Notes under the pieces: model-generated | Databases searched by the model: none | What the model was told of the DNA's origin: nothing | What the model saw: the letters and a program-made list of their open reading frames with translations, nothing else | In this document: positions 38,320-48,755 of the stretch, one piece after another | Position numbering within the stretch: position 1 is the first letter of the stretch | Layout of the letters: each line of letters opens with the position of its first letter | DNA from: an uncultured cyanobacterium | Lineage (GTDB): Bacteria > Cyanobacteriota > Cyanobacteriia > CAKZMO01 | Length of the DNA stretch: 64,000 bases | Assembly: GCA_963719515.1 (NCBI GenBank) | Contig: CAVRCJ010000010.1 | Span: forward strand, 672,001 to 736,000 | Direction: 5' to 3' | Program-made: the position numbers and the translations under genes

Positions 38320-40086
38320 CTAATTCAGTGGACTACCCGCCAACCGCGCTGCCGCCGACTCTAGTTCCGGAGTCATAGCTTCGCTGACCAAGTGCAGCGA
38401 AGAGCCCTGATCTTGACTCAAAAAGTCGGAATAGGACGCCTGCAGGTAGCGGCGATAGCTCTCATCCTGCGCAGCATGCACGCCAAAGAACGCCAGGCTG
38501 AACCCCCAGGAATAGGTGGCTATAATTCTGGGGTCTGCTAGGGTGAGGCCATTGATTGAATTGATGGTGTCCGTGATGCCGACATCAAGTTCCGAAAAAT
38601 CAATGTGGGCCTGACCTTCAATCAAGCCCAGGTACCGCTCCTCGGAGGCCAGCCAAGGGAAGGTGCGAAACTGCTCAAACACAGCAGGCGTTGCCGGGTC
38701 GTGGCTTCCCGAAAGGATGAGGGCCGGAATTTGAACTTGGCGTAGCCCCTCAGGGCCGTAGATGCTGCTGTTCACCGGGTTCATTGCCACCACAGACTGC
38801 ACCCGCTCGTCGCGAAACTCGTAGTCCTGTCGAGGTAGCTCTAGCGCCTGACACTGCAGCAGCAGCGAGGTATTTAGGTAGCTGAAGCGATCGCCGCAGT
38901 CAGCCGAGAGGAAGTCGAAGTCGATGGTTGCCCCAGCTACGGCGAGGGCCGTGTAGCCCCCAAAAGAATGTCCTCCCACGCCGACGTGAGCAAGATCGAG
39001 CCGCCCTTCAAATTCTGATTCATTGCGGCGCTCTAGCTCATCAATGACGTCACTCACATCCAAGGGACGATCAACAAACTCTCCGACTTCGAACACAGCA
39101 TTGGTCAAGCCTTTGATTAGCTGATTGCGGTAGAGGGCATCGCTACCGGGATGCTGCGGCATCGCCACCACATAGCCGTGGGAGGCCATATGCGCGGCCA
39201 ACGTTGAAAAGTGCCGGGGGCTTGACGACAGGCCGTGGGAGAACACAATCACAGGCGTTTTTCCTGGTTGCCATCGGTCAGGGCGAACCACGTCGACGTA
39301 AAATTTACGCTGATAGAGTTGGCCAGATACGGGATCTTGCCGCTCAGAAACTAGCTCCCAGCGCTGCGATCGCGTCCCGTAGGGCCCCGGCTGATCCAGC
39401 TGCGGTAGGGCGGCGTAGTCCACGGCGACGTCCCCGCGCGCCTCTTCATCAGAGAGAACTTCTATCGTTTCAATTGAAAACAGCGTCGCGTTAACAACCG
39501 CTTCGACGTTTCGAGCCAAACTCAAGACCGACTGCAGGTTAACGCGCATATCGGTAGGCAGATACCGCAAGAAGTTGAGCGTTGAGAGACCCTCCTCGTC
39601 CTGCGCCGCAAGCACCAGCGCTGCCCTCAGAGAAAACTTCCCGTTAAGCCCGGCCTCGGTGCGCAGCAGATCGCCGAGAAACTTGGTCAAAATATCTTCG
39701 CCAATGGGGGTGTAGAGGATGCGGGAGAGCAAGGCGGGCTCGATGGGGGCGGGCCGCTGAAGCGCCGCTCGAAAGGCCGCTCGCTGTTCTTCATTAACTC
39801 CAGCAATGGCAAAGTAGCTGCCAAGCTGCCCGTTGACGGTGCCATCTTCGGCAAACGCCTCCAAGCTGCTGACGTCAAGAGAGCGCTCAATAATGCTGTA
39901 GTGAAACAGAATTCGCTCTGCAGCCCTTGCAGGCCAGGCCATAGCCAAAAGCGCCAGCAGCAGGGCGGTGCCGAGATAGCGCCGTCGCCAAATAGAGAGA
40001 ATCATGTTGATGGGGCTCTGAGAGGGCAGAAGAGGGACGTTAGGCTCAATCGAGCGCGTGACGGACGGCGGAGCTTCTAGGGGCAC
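38320..40086 (-). CDS. DUF1400 + alpha/beta hydrolase
   Basis: AAERI N-domain, FSHGL, GHSFGG, GSHD, GQAH; start uncertain. Confidence 0.88.
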   Translation of the reverse strand: MPLEAPPSVTRSIEPNVPLLPSQSPINMILSIWRRRYLGTALLLALLAMAWPARAAERILFHYSIIERSLDVSSLEAFAEDGTVNGQLGSYFAIAGVNEEQRAAFRAALQRPAPIEPALLSRILYTPIGEDILTKFLGDLLRTEAGLNGKFSLRAALVLAAQDEEGLSTLNFLRYLPTDMRVNLQSVLSLARNVEAVVNATLFSIETIEVLSDEEARGDVAVDYAALPQLDQPGPYGTRSQRWELVSERQDPVSGQLYQRKFYVDVVRPDRWQPGKTPVIVFSHGLSSSPRHFSTLAAHMASHGYVVAMPQHPGSDALYRNQLIKGLTNAVFEVGEFVDRPLDVSDVIDELERRNESEFEGRLDLAHVGVGGHSFGGYTALAVAGATIDFDFLSADCGDRFSYLNTSLLLQCQALELPRQDYEFRDERVQSVVAMNPVNSSIYGPEGLRQVQIPALILSGSHDPATPAVFEQFRTFPWLASEERYLGLIEGQAHIDFSELDVGITDTINSINGLTLADPRIIATYSWGFSLAFFGVHAAQDESYRRYLQASYSDFLSQDQGSSLHLVSEAMTPELESAAARLAGSPLN

Positions 40087-40409
40087 GGGCGATCGCCATC
40101 AGATGAGACAGTCAGCGTGCCGCGAAACGTCCATGATTAGCGGTACACCGACCTGCGACCTTAACTGTAATACAGAGCTTGCGGGGATTGACGCCACGGC
40201 CACGGTATTGGGGGCGAGCGCGGCTTTGAAGGGGTGCGATGTTGCTCAAGGGCCACTCGGCTCAGGGGAGCGAGTTTACAATTCAGCGTCCTCTCACCCG
40301 CTACCTATCCTGAGAACCCCAAAAAAGCTTGCAAGTATGAGGAGCGGCCCCCTAACCATAACTTTCCCAGCGCCCCTACTGTCCTGAAGCTCCCTACCTG
40401 CAGCCTCCC

Positions 40410-43400
40410 ATGCATACCATCACGATTAGCGATCGCCACCAGAGCGATCAGGGCTTTGAAGCCACAGTGAGCTTTGACTACGAAAGCGAATACCCTATCA
40501 CGGTCGCGAATCCGGTCAGTGAGGACGTAGAGAGCCTGGCAGAGCACGCTAAACAACAGACTGACCTATCTCAGGCAAAGAAAGGTGGCCTAGGCAGCCG
40601 CAAAGACTACGGCGAGCAGCTTTTTAACCAGATCTTTCACAGCAGCGAAGCCGCTTACGCTCAGTACCGTCAACTGCGCGATCGCTTCAGTCAGCTCGAA
40701 ATCAGCATCGAAAGCCAGTCCCTCGAATTTCAGGCCATACATTGGGAAGCGCTGCGAGACCCAGAGCTAGAGGAGCCGCTAGCGACACAATGTACTTTGG
40801 TCCGTAGACTGGGTTCCCCTGAGTCGCTCTACGACGGCATGGAGGCTTCGCCTTACCTAGACCTACTGTTGGTGACGGCGCGACCAGGAAACGACCCGAA
40901 TGCGGACCCCCGGACGATGGCCCGCCCCATTGTGGAAGCGATCGAGAGAGCCCAGCTGCCGGTGAGAGTGGAGCTGCTGCGGCCCGCCACCTACGAAGCG
41001 CTAGAGAACCACCTGCAGGGCAAAGAGGGCTATTATCACATCGTCCACTTCGATGCTCAGGGCACGCTGCTCACCTGTACGCAACTGCAGGCGATGAGCG
41101 GTGGGGGAGCGCCTGCGGCGGATCAAGATTCGGCGTCCGAAAGCAGCCCAATTCCCAAATATGAGGACCGAAAGGCCTTTTTGCTACTGGAGGGGGGCGG
41201 AAGGGGCACCGCTACCCTAGTGGATGTGGACCGCTTAGCGCTGCTGCTGCGGGAGAAATCAGTGCCGCTGTGTCTGCTCAACGACTGTCAACCGCTGACA
41301 AACTTTTCACAGGACAGCATCGCTAGCCACTTAATGGTCGCTGGGGTGCGTACGGTGGTAGCGATGGGCGACCTGGCGGAAGCGGGGACGACGTTTCTAG
41401 AGCATCTGTACGCCCAGCTGCTGGCGGGTCAGCTGCCGCACGATGCTGTATACAAAGCGAGGCGATCGCTTTACGAGCGTCAGCGGCATTCCCCAATTCA
41501 ACAGCTTGTCAATACAGAAGACTGGCTACTTCCCGCAGTCTACTGCAGCGAAGATGTAGACCTCAACCTGCGGGAGCTGACGCCCCAAGAGGCGGCTTTC
41601 TTCGAGGCGCAGAAGCAGCCGTCTTCCGAAGCGCCAGAGGCTGACGCGCCAGTTCCCGAAGCGCCAAGCCCTAGAGCGCTAAGCCCTAAAGCACTGGGCC
41701 AGAGCCTCCTGGGGCGCGACCTGGACATCCTCAAAGTAGAGCGCGCCTTGGACCGCCACAACATTCTGCTGCTGCTGGGCGAGGCAGGCGTGGGCAAAAC
41801 GGCGCTGCTCCACCATCTGCGGTGGTGGTGGCCAACCATCCGTTTCGCCGAAAAGCTATTCTACTTTGACTGTGACGAGCGGCCTCAGACAGTGGAGCAG
41901 ATTGTGTCTGACCTCAGTCAGGAGCTCTACAACCCGCTTGAGCTCAAAGAGTTTCAGGCCCTGCCGCTGCCGAAGCAAATCGATCGACTGGGTGAATTAC
42001 TGCGGGCAAATCGCTACCTGTTAATGCTTGACGGCCTAACGGCGTTGACGGCGCATTCCCCGGAGATATCGGCTGTCTTGGCCTCGCACCAGCGGCAGGC
42101 GCTGAAGTATTGCCTACAGGTGCTAGCGGGAGGGCTGACGAAAGTGCTGCTAACCTCCCGCAGCCCAGCGCCGTGGCTAGAGGCGGAGCTGAGCCCACCC
42201 GGCGATGGGGCTAGCGGTATCACTCGCCATGTCCTCAGAAGACTGGTACCAGATGCGCGGTTGCCTTTGGCCCGATCTATTTTAGGGGCGCAGAGAGACG
42301 AGAAGGCGATCGCGGCCCTCAGCCAAGATCCAGGCTTTGAGCCGCTGATCGCTCTGCTATCTGGAAGCCCGCTGGCGATGAAGGTGGTGCTGCCCCAGCT
42401 TCGGCAGCAGACGCCCAGGGAGGTGCTCGCGGAACTTCAGGCCCAACCAGAATCCCTCCCAGATCGAGCTGACGCTTCGCTGACGGAAAAGATTATCGAG
42501 TGCGCCGCGTATTTTCACGCTCACCCCTCTCCCAAAGCGCAGCTCCTGCTCCTGGGGCTGGCTCCCTTTAAAGGCGGCTTTAGGCAAGATTTCTTGCCGG
42601 AGTATTTCCAGCAGCTCAAGCAGCACAACTTGTTTCAAGACTATTCCTTCGAGCAATTTGAGGCGGCGATCGCGGAGGCAATCAGTAAAGGGCTGCTGTC
42701 GCGGCTAGCGGAAGATCAGCCGCAGATGCTGGCGATTCAGCCGGTGTTGTCCTACTTTCTAGGCGCAAAGCTAAGAACGCTAGGCCCGCAAACTCAGTGG
42801 GGACTGCGGCAGGCTTTTAAGACCCACTACCGGAAAACGAGCGGTCACTACCGGAGCTTGATTAACTCCACGGCGGGGCACGAGCGCCGAATTGGGCTGG
42901 CCTGCTGTCGTTTGGAATACGAGAATCTCTCTCAGGCCCTGAAAATTTGCCTGGAGGAGCAAGACTCAATTGATATCTTCTATGCTCTGAGGGATTTCTT
43001 GAGAATTAACCATGACCTCAAGGGCGGGGTTGCCCTATCGCAGTTTGTCTACGACAAGCTGACGCAGTATCCCGAAACGGTGAAGGTGGGGAAATTGGGG
43101 CTAGATACCGCCATGGTGGCTGGCGACTTGGCAACCTGCCACTTACTCTCTAAAAACTACCCATCGGCAGAAGAGCTGTATTGGGAGGCCATCACGCTCG
43201 CCGAAGCGCTGACGGGAATCGAGGAGAAATCGAGGCAGCTCAAGCTGCTGGCCGTGAGCTTCCATCAGCTGGGAATCGTTGAGCAAAAGCAAAAGCGATG
43301 GGAGCAGGCGAAAGGCCACTTTACCCAGTCGCTGACCATCAAGGCGAAGTATGAAGACACCTACGGCCAAGCCTGTACGTATCATCAGCTCGGCGTTGTC

Positions 43401-44318
43401 GCTCAGCAGCAGTGGCAGTGGCAGCAGGCGATTGAGTACTTTGACCAGGCGCTGACGATCAAAATTGAATCCGGGGATTTTCCGGGTCAGGCGAATACGT
43501 ACTATCAGCTTGGCGTTGTGGCCCAAGAGCAGCGGCAGTGGCAGCAGGCGATCGCCTACTTTAACCAAGCGCTGGCGATCAAGATCAAGTACGGCGATCG
43601 CTTCGGCCAGGCTCGAATGTATGACCGTCTGGGGACGATTGCCCAGGAGCAGCGGCAGTGGCAGCAGGCCACAGAGGACTACACGCTGGCGCTGAGCATT
43701 TATGGCGAGTCTGGCGACCGGGCGGGTCAGGCTCGGACCTATCACAATCTAGGCGTTGTCTCCCAAGAGCGGCGACAGTGGCAGCAGGCGACCCGCCACT
43801 ACGAGCAAGCGCTTGAACTCTACATTGAGCAGAGCGATCACCCCAGTCAGGCCCGCACCCACTACAATTTGGGCGCCGTGCTGCGGGAGCAGCGGCAGTG
43901 GCAGCAGGCGACAGTCCACTGCCATCAGGCCCTAGACCGCTACGTTGAGCAGGGCGATCGCGCCGGTCAGGCGCAGACCTATTTTCAGCTGGGTCTTTTG
44001 ACCCAAGAGCAGCAGCGCTGGTCTCCAGCGAAAGATAGCTATGGCAAAGCCCTGGCGATTTATACCGAGTTTGGCGATCGCTACAGTCAGGCGCGCGTCT
44101 ATTCTCAGCTGGGCCACCTCGCGGAGGCCTGCGGCGACTGGCCGATGGCGGCGGAGCACTACCTGGAAGATTTGCGCATCACCATAGAGTTTCAGGACGA
44201 AGCGGGGCGACAAGTTTCGACGCAAAACGTGGCGCGGGTTTACCGGGAGTACCGTGAAGAGGGGTTTTTGGCCCGGGCCACTGAGATTTTGGAGCAGCAT
44301 GCGGAGGAGCTGGGATAA
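40410..44318 (+). CDS. CHAT-domain / STAND NTPase / TPR protein
   Basis: IHWEAL, IVHFDAQG, LNDCQ, DWLLPAVY; Walker A GEAGVGKT; LLMLD; ~9 40-aa TPRs. Confidence 0.88.
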   Translation: MHTITISDRHQSDQGFEATVSFDYESEYPITVANPVSEDVESLAEHAKQQTDLSQAKKGGLGSRKDYGEQLFNQIFHSSEAAYAQYRQLRDRFSQLEISIESQSLEFQAIHWEALRDPELEEPLATQCTLVRRLGSPESLYDGMEASPYLDLLLVTARPGNDPNADPRTMARPIVEAIERAQLPVRVELLRPATYEALENHLQGKEGYYHIVHFDAQGTLLTCTQLQAMSGGGAPAADQDSASESSPIPKYEDRKAFLLLEGGGRGTATLVDVDRLALLLREKSVPLCLLNDCQPLTNFSQDSIASHLMVAGVRTVVAMGDLAEAGTTFLEHLYAQLLAGQLPHDAVYKARRSLYERQRHSPIQQLVNTEDWLLPAVYCSEDVDLNLRELTPQEAAFFEAQKQPSSEAPEADAPVPEAPSPRALSPKALGQSLLGRDLDILKVERALDRHNILLLLGEAGVGKTALLHHLRWWWPTIRFAEKLFYFDCDERPQTVEQIVSDLSQELYNPLELKEFQALPLPKQIDRLGELLRANRYLLMLDGLTALTAHSPEISAVLASHQRQALKYCLQVLAGGLTKVLLTSRSPAPWLEAELSPPGDGASGITRHVLRRLVPDARLPLARSILGAQRDEKAIAALSQDPGFEPLIALLSGSPLAMKVVLPQLRQQTPREVLAELQAQPESLPDRADASLTEKIIECAAYFHAHPSPKAQLLLLGLAPFKGGFRQDFLPEYFQQLKQHNLFQDYSFEQFEAAIAEAISKGLLSRLAEDQPQMLAIQPVLSYFLGAKLRTLGPQTQWGLRQAFKTHYRKTSGHYRSLINSTAGHERRIGLACCRLEYENLSQALKICLEEQDSIDIFYALRDFLRINHDLKGGVALSQFVYDKLTQYPETVKVGKLGLDTAMVAGDLATCHLLSKNYPSAEELYWEAITLAEALTGIEEKSRQLKLLAVSFHQLGIVEQKQKRWEQAKGHFTQSLTIKAKYEDTYGQACTYHQLGVVAQQQWQWQQAIEYFDQALTIKIESGDFPGQANTYYQLGVVAQEQRQWQQAIAYFNQALAIKIKYGDRFGQARMYDRLGTIAQEQRQWQQATEDYTLALSIYGESGDRAGQARTYHNLGVVSQERRQWQQATRHYEQALELYIEQSDHPSQARTHYNLGAVLREQRQWQQATVHCHQALDRYVEQGDRAGQAQTYFQLGLLTQEQQRWSPAKDSYGKALAIYTEFGDRYSQARVYSQLGHLAEACGDWPMAAEHYLEDLRITIEFQDEAGRQVSTQNVARVYREYREEGFLARATEILEQHAEELG
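43260..44200 (+). repeat. coding TPR array with ~120-nt period
   Basis: GAGCAGCGGCAGTGGCAGCAGGC variants recur every 120 nt. Confidence 0.85.
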
Positions 44319-44332
44319 GGCGGTGGAGGGAT

Positions 44333-45010
44333 TTAACGAAAGAACCGCTTCCCCTCAAATTCGATCACCTGTCCCTCCGCCACTGCATAAGCCGTCGTCC
44401 CCGGCGTCAAAGGCATCTCGTATCCTCCGGTAAACTCTCCAAAAGACGGCAGAATGAGCGTCTGCGATCGCTTGTCCCAATGGAAGCAGGGCAGTCGCAG
44501 GGTGTCTACCGCCGACCGCAGCCGCACGCAGGGATGAATATGACCGCAGATATTGAGCTGCAGGTCGGCGCTGGGAAGGACCTCTGGGGCGTGGGAGAGC
44601 CACAGCCCCGCAAAGGCGGTTTCGGTAACCACCGTGAGGTGCGACGGCATGGCCGCGACGCAGGCGTCTAAAAGCCGCCGGTCGTGATTACCTACTACCA
44701 GCTCTACCGCCATATCACGACGGCCTAAGAAGTCTGCCCAAGGCTTGAGCACCTCCTCTACTAGCCCCAGCTTTGAATGGAACCAATCTCCGAGAATGAA
44801 CAGTCGCTCGGGCCGTAGGCGATCGCAGAGCTGCACCAGCCGGTCTAGGGTGGTTTGGCTTACCTGCGTCGAGATGGGAATGCCAAAGCGCTGGAACGTT
44901 TCGGATTTGCCCACGTGCAAATCGGCCACCAGCAGCGATCGCTGCTCTGGAAGATACACTGCCCGCTCCGCCAGCAGCTGCAGCGTTAGCGAGCGAACCT
45001 GGATGTGCAT
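44333..45010 (-). CDS. pdeM: ligase-associated DNA damage response metallophosphoesterase
   Basis: ADLHVGK, LGDWFH, GNHD, GHIHP, LPSFGEFTGG. Confidence 0.88.
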   Translation of the reverse strand: MHIQVRSLTLQLLAERAVYLPEQRSLLVADLHVGKSETFQRFGIPISTQVSQTTLDRLVQLCDRLRPERLFILGDWFHSKLGLVEEVLKPWADFLGRRDMAVELVVGNHDRRLLDACVAAMPSHLTVVTETAFAGLWLSHAPEVLPSADLQLNICGHIHPCVRLRSAVDTLRLPCFHWDKRSQTLILPSFGEFTGGYEMPLTPGTTAYAVAEGQVIEFEGKRFFR

Positions 45011-45048
45011 GGGCATTCGGGCTAGCAACTATCTCACCATATCTCGAC

Positions 45049-45210
45049 TTGGTGGTCCTATCTTCACTGCCCGCCTGTCCAAGCTACGACTCTAATCAAG
45101 TCGTCAAGAACGGCAGCATCCATACCGGCAAACAAAACCACAAGTGCAAAGCTTGCGGACGCCAATTCGTGGAACACCTTGAGAACAAGCTCATCGACAG
45201 AACTACGTCA
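45049..45210 (+). pseudogene. IS1-family InsA-like fragment interrupted by a tnpB element
   Basis: CPSYDSNQVVKNGSIHTGKQNHKCKACGRQFV zinc ribbon, ending at the tnpB right end. Confidence 0.75.
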
Positions 45211-46400
45211 TTGACTACTCCCGCGGCTAAAGCGCGTGGGATTCCCCGGTCACCCGAGGAGGGTTCTGCTTCGTAGCACCTGCCTTCCGAGATTTGCTCT
45301 CTATGCGCGAAGCGCAGGCTTCGCCAACGGGTCTTACGGTCGCTCCACAGACTGACACCGTTAGACCAGCGGCCAATACGTTTACAGCAGCGTTTACGTC
45401 TCTATCGTGCTTCACGTCGCACTCAGGGCACTGCCACTCTCGAACGTTCAACGGCAGCTTATCTACGACATGGCCGCAGCTGCCACAGCGCTTAGAGCTA
45501 GGGAACCATCGGTCTATCTTAACCAGCTCCCGCCCGTACCACTCGCACTTGTAGGTAAGCTGCCGCACCAGCTCCCCCCAGCTTGCATCACTGATAGCGC
45601 GCGCCAAAGAGTGATTACGGACCATGTTCCCCACTGCCAAGTCCTCGACGGCGATCGCTTGGTTTTCGCGCACCAGCCGGGTTGTCAGCTTGTGTTCGCG
45701 AAGCGTCCCGAAGGGAAGCAGGTCTTTGCGGGCATCGGCTATCTCGGCGTGGACCCTAGCCACCCTGAGCCGCGCTTTGTATCGGTTGTTCGAGCCCTCT
45801 TGCTTGCGGCTGAGAGCCTTTTGAGCTTTTCGTAGCTTGCGGTACTTAGCTCTAAAGCCTTTGGGGTTGGTAATCTTCTCGCCTGTGCTCAGCGTGACCA
45901 GACTGGTGATGCCCATGTCCAGGCCAACTTTGTTAGGAGATACCGGCAGTGGCTCAATATTCACCTCCACCAACAGCGACACAAACCACCGGCCTGCAGG
46001 CGTCAGCTTCACCGTGATAGTCGATGGTGCGGCATCTTTCGGAAGCTGACGAGACCATCGAATAGGCAGAGGTTTAGAGCACTTAGCCAAGTAGACTTGA
46101 ACGCCCCTAAACTTGAACGCCGCCTTGGTAAACTCCGCGCTACCGCCGTTGCGCTTCTTTTTGAAGCTGGGATAGTTGGCCCGACCTGCAAAGAAGTTAG
46201 TGAAGGCGGTCTGCAGGTGCCTCAGCCCTTGCTGAAGGGGAACCGAGCTAACCTCAGTAAGAAATTCGAGGCCCTCCTCTTTTTTCCACTGGGTCAGCAT
46301 CGACGAGGTCTGAGCGTAGCCGACGCGCTCTTGCTTCTGGTACCAAGCCTCAGTCCTTGCCGCCAAAGCGCGGTTGTAGACCAGGCAAGTACACCCCAAT
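45211..46400 (-). mobile_element. tnpB: 5'-truncated IS200/IS605 (IS1341-type) tnpB element
   Basis: LGCTCLVYNRAL onward; VGLDMG, IAVEDL, RDVNAAVN; right end GAATCCCACGCGCTTTAGCCGCGGGAGTAGTCAA; N-terminal HTH and left end missing. Confidence 0.85.
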
Positions 46401-46508
46401 ATCGAGGACCGCAGCCGAACATGAGCAAAACAATTCCCGCGGCATCCCAGACCTGAGATTAGCGATCGCTCCCCCCAATACCCTTCCCAAAAAGCACCCA
46501 TACAAATC

Positions 46509-46538
46509 AAAAAGCGCCTCCCAAAGGAGGCGCTCTTC
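46509..46538 (-). terminator. psbA terminator
   Basis: AGCGCCTCC-CAAA-GGAGGCGCT with a U-run on the minus strand. Confidence 0.8.
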
Positions 46539-46572
46539 TAATTAACTCAGGCTAGCTGAGCTGTCTTTGGTC

Positions 46573-47637
46573 CTAGCCGTTGATAGCAGGTGCCTCAGCA
46601 GCAGCAAGGTCAAGCGGGAAGTTGTGAGCGTTGCGCTCGTGCATCACTTCCATACCCAGGTTGGCGCGGTTGATGATGTCCGCCCAGGTGTTGATGACCC
46701 GGCCCTGGCTGTCTAGAACAGACTGGTTGAAGTTGAACCCGTTCAGGTTGAACGCCATCGTGCTGATGCCCAGCGCCGTGAACCAGATGCCTACGACAGG
46801 CCACGCGCCCAAGAAGAAGTGCAGTGCGCGGGAGTTGTTGAAGATGGCGTATTGGAAGATGAGGCGGCCGAAGTAGCCGTGCGCTGCAACGATGTTGTAG
46901 GTCTCTTCTTCTTGACCGAACTTGTAGCCGTAGTTCTGCGACTCAGACTCAGTCGTCTCTCGCACCAGTGAAGAGGTCACCAGTGAACCGTGCATCGCGC
47001 TGAACAGTGCTCCGCCGAAGACGCCTGCCACACCTAGCATGTGGAAGGGGTGCATCAGAATGTTGTGCTCTGCCTGGAACACGAACATGAAGTTGAACGT
47101 ACCCGAGATGCCCAGTGGCATGCCGTCAGAGAATGAACCCTGTCCGATGGGGTAGATGAGGAAGACTGCAGATGCCGCTGCAACAGGTGCACTGTAGGCA
47201 ACGCAAATCCAGGGGCGCATGCCCAGACGGTAGGATAGTTCCCACTCGCGGCCCATGTAGCAGAAGACGCCAATCAGGAAGTGGAATACCACCAGCTGGT
47301 AAGGTCCGCCGTTGTACAGCCACTCGTCGAGTGATGCTGCTTCCCAGATGGGGTAGAAGTGTAGGCCAATTGCGTTGGATGACGGAACAATCGCACCAGA
47401 GATGATGTTGTTGCCGTACATCAGTGAACCTGCAACAGGCTCGCGGATGCCGTCGATGTCGACAGGAGGAGCCGCCACGAAGGCGATGAGGAAGCAGGTA
47501 GTAGCAGCTAAGAGAGTCGGAATCATCAGGACGCCGAACCAGCCTACGTAGAGGCGGTTGTTGGTGCTGGTGACCCACTCGCAGAACTGCTGCCATACGT
47601 TAGCGCTAGTAGAGCGCTGCTGTAGGGTAGTTGTCAT
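46573..47637 (-). CDS. psbA: photosystem II D1 protein
   Basis: Typical D1; Y161, D170, E189, H332, E333, H337, D342 and A344 present; E130 type. Confidence 0.99.
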   Translation of the reverse strand: MTTTLQQRSTSANVWQQFCEWVTSTNNRLYVGWFGVLMIPTLLAATTCFLIAFVAAPPVDIDGIREPVAGSLMYGNNIISGAIVPSSNAIGLHFYPIWEAASLDEWLYNGGPYQLVVFHFLIGVFCYMGREWELSYRLGMRPWICVAYSAPVAAASAVFLIYPIGQGSFSDGMPLGISGTFNFMFVFQAEHNILMHPFHMLGVAGVFGGALFSAMHGSLVTSSLVRETTESESQNYGYKFGQEEETYNIVAAHGYFGRLIFQYAIFNNSRALHFFLGAWPVVGIWFTALGISTMAFNLNGFNFNQSVLDSQGRVINTWADIINRANLGMEVMHERNAHNFPLDLAAAEAPAING

Positions 47638-47712
47638 AATTGCGGTTGGTGTTATTGATTGGATGTATTAGGTGGGAGGTCTGTAACCGTTTCGTTACTT
47701 CCCACTGATTTA

Positions 47713-47741
47713 ATACTAACAGGTTTGTAACAGAAAGTAAA
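47713..47741 (-). promoter_or_regulatory. psbA promoter with HLR1 (RpaB-type) motif
   Basis: TTTACTTT-CT-GTTACAAA followed by -10 TAGTAT. Confidence 0.6.
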
Positions 47742-47815
47742 GCGATCGCTGCTCAGCTTTAAGCTTTTGTTCCGGTTTTTGGCCTATTCAGGGCGTATTG
47801 GCAGGGGCCCGTCCC

Positions 47816-48739
47816 TCAAGACTGCGGTTCTGCGTCTCCCGGTTCCGTATCTCCCAGCAAAATCGCCGTCATGCCGCCAACGCAGATCAGCACGATCCCC
47901 ACGGCCACAAGCATGTCGGGGGTTTCGTTGAAAAAAGTCCAGCCGATGATTGCAGAGAACGCCACCGAGCTGTACTGAAAAACCCCCACCTGCTGGGGGG
48001 CCGCGTAGGAAAAGGCCTTGATGAGCGAGAACTGCACGCTGAGAAGCGCGATCGCCGCCCCGCCCATCCAAAGCCACGTCGTCAGGCTGGGCATCCGCAG
48101 GTGCCACAGGGCAAAAGCAAAGGCCATCACCCAACCCACCGTGAGGTAGTAGAGAATCTGGGTGAAGGCGGGCTCGCTCTGATTCAGCCGCCGCACCGTC
48201 AGGAACTCGATCGCCCCGGCGATCGCCGCCGCGAGGGCCAGCAGGGTTCCGGGTTGACTTAAAATTGACGTGCTCGGCTGCACCACGACAAGCAGCCCCA
48301 CAAACCCAATGGCGATCGCCGCCCACAGCCCGCGCGAAACGTCTTGGCCGAGCGCGACCCAGGCGATTACGGGAATCAATATAGGGATGGTGTTAATTAA
48401 AACCGTCGCGTTCACCAAGTCAATCAGCTTAACTGAAGTGAAAAACAGCAGGAAGCCAGAGGCCCCCGCTACTCCCCGCATCAGGTGCAGCGGCAGCACC
48501 TCGGTCTTAAAGTCGCGCCCCCTTCTCCAGATCACGGCAGGAAGCAGGATAAGCAGCACTAAAGAGAACACATACAGCGTGAACTGTGGTCCGCCTAGGT
48601 CTTCCCGAACGACTTTGGCAATTGAGCTTTGTACGGTGTTCATAAAAAACGCCAGCGTCATCAAGCTCGCCCCGAACACCAGGTTTGACGGCTGCTCGGA
48701 AGAGGCGCTAGCGTTTTGAGCGACGGTATCTTGTACCAC
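47816..48739 (-). CDS. DMT/EamA-family transporter
   Basis: About 10 TM segments; HLMRG, LGQDV, GFVGLLVVVQP, FFNETP. Confidence 0.88.
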   Translation of the reverse strand: MVQDTVAQNASASSEQPSNLVFGASLMTLAFFMNTVQSSIAKVVREDLGGPQFTLYVFSLVLLILLPAVIWRRGRDFKTEVLPLHLMRGVAGASGFLLFFTSVKLIDLVNATVLINTIPILIPVIAWVALGQDVSRGLWAAIAIGFVGLLVVVQPSTSILSQPGTLLALAAAIAGAIEFLTVRRLNQSEPAFTQILYYLTVGWVMAFAFALWHLRMPSLTTWLWMGGAAIALLSVQFSLIKAFSYAAPQQVGVFQYSSVAFSAIIGWTFFNETPDMLVAVGIVLICVGGMTAILLGDTEPGDAEPQS

Positions 48740-48755
48740 AAGGTCTCCTAAAGAA

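Noticed and set aside
43260..44200. Regularly spaced repeats as a CRISPR array or DGR
   Set aside because: The 120-nt period is in frame and encodes TPRs; no cas or reverse transcriptase gene in the window
46401..46510. N-terminal 36 aa of the 427-aa tnpB ORF
   Set aside because: Not TnpB-like; fortuitous open frame after truncation
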